Of a stretch of 64,000 nt of DNA, positions 61,444-64,000 are shown one piece after another. A model generated the notes under the pieces. The model was not told where the DNA came from. It made no database searches and saw only the letters and a list, made by a program, of their open reading frames with translations. The position numbers and the translations under genes are program-made. Numbering within the stretch: position 1 is the stretch's first letter; every line of letters starts with the position of its first letter. Source of the stretch: Syntrophomonas sp. UBA4922 (GTDB lineage Bacteria > Bacillota > Syntrophomonadia > Syntrophomonadales > Syntrophomonadaceae); assembly GCA_002398825.1 (NCBI GenBank), contig DHBS01000006.1, positions 65,750 through 129,749 on the forward strand. The letters are read 5' to 3'.

Positions 61444-64000
<2,557 letters not shown>

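Overview
This is a core-genome window from an endospore-forming anaerobic Firmicute. It looks Clostridia/Peptococcaceae-like at about 52% GC, judging by splB, cwlD, YheC/D coat-type ATP-grasp genes, LL-DAP aminotransferase and a selenoprotein. Nearly all genes are on the minus strand.

Gene content, left to right:
- splB, then a convergent MntR-like repressor and ZIP transporter.
- An arginine cluster, argC-J-B-D-F-GNAT-argG.
- A cyclase-family gene.
- A long nitrogen operon: ANTAR regulator, glnA, a five-gene split (archaeal-type) glutamate synthase, dapF and dapL.
- asnB, glutamine-dependent nadE, glnK-amt, and an orphan carA.
- An Spx/ArsC-family gene that reads through an in-frame TGA.
- An AmmeMemoRadiSam pair, cwlD, and two divergent YheC/YheD ATP-grasp genes.
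- rplM-rpsI and truA.
- The complete alpha, spc, S10 and str ribosomal operons (rplQ through rpsJ, tuf, fusA, rpsG, rpsL, L7Ae-like).
- rpoC and the 3' two-thirds of rpoB, which runs off the right edge.

I found no rRNA, tRNA, CRISPR array, transposase, integrase or recognisable defence genes. I do not see a convincing new multi-gene system.

The observations most worth following up are:
1. The UxxC selenoprotein candidate with a SECIS-like hairpin, which ORF callers truncate.
2. A 540-bp ORF-free, densely hairpinned segment between rplQ and truA, where ecfA-ecfA-ecfT normally sit.
3. The ANTAR-led nitrogen operon, together with terminator-containing leaders in front of asnB and carA.
4. A roughly 105-nt imperfect palindrome downstream of dapL.

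All calls come from reading the sequence and recalling protein families. No database search was run.
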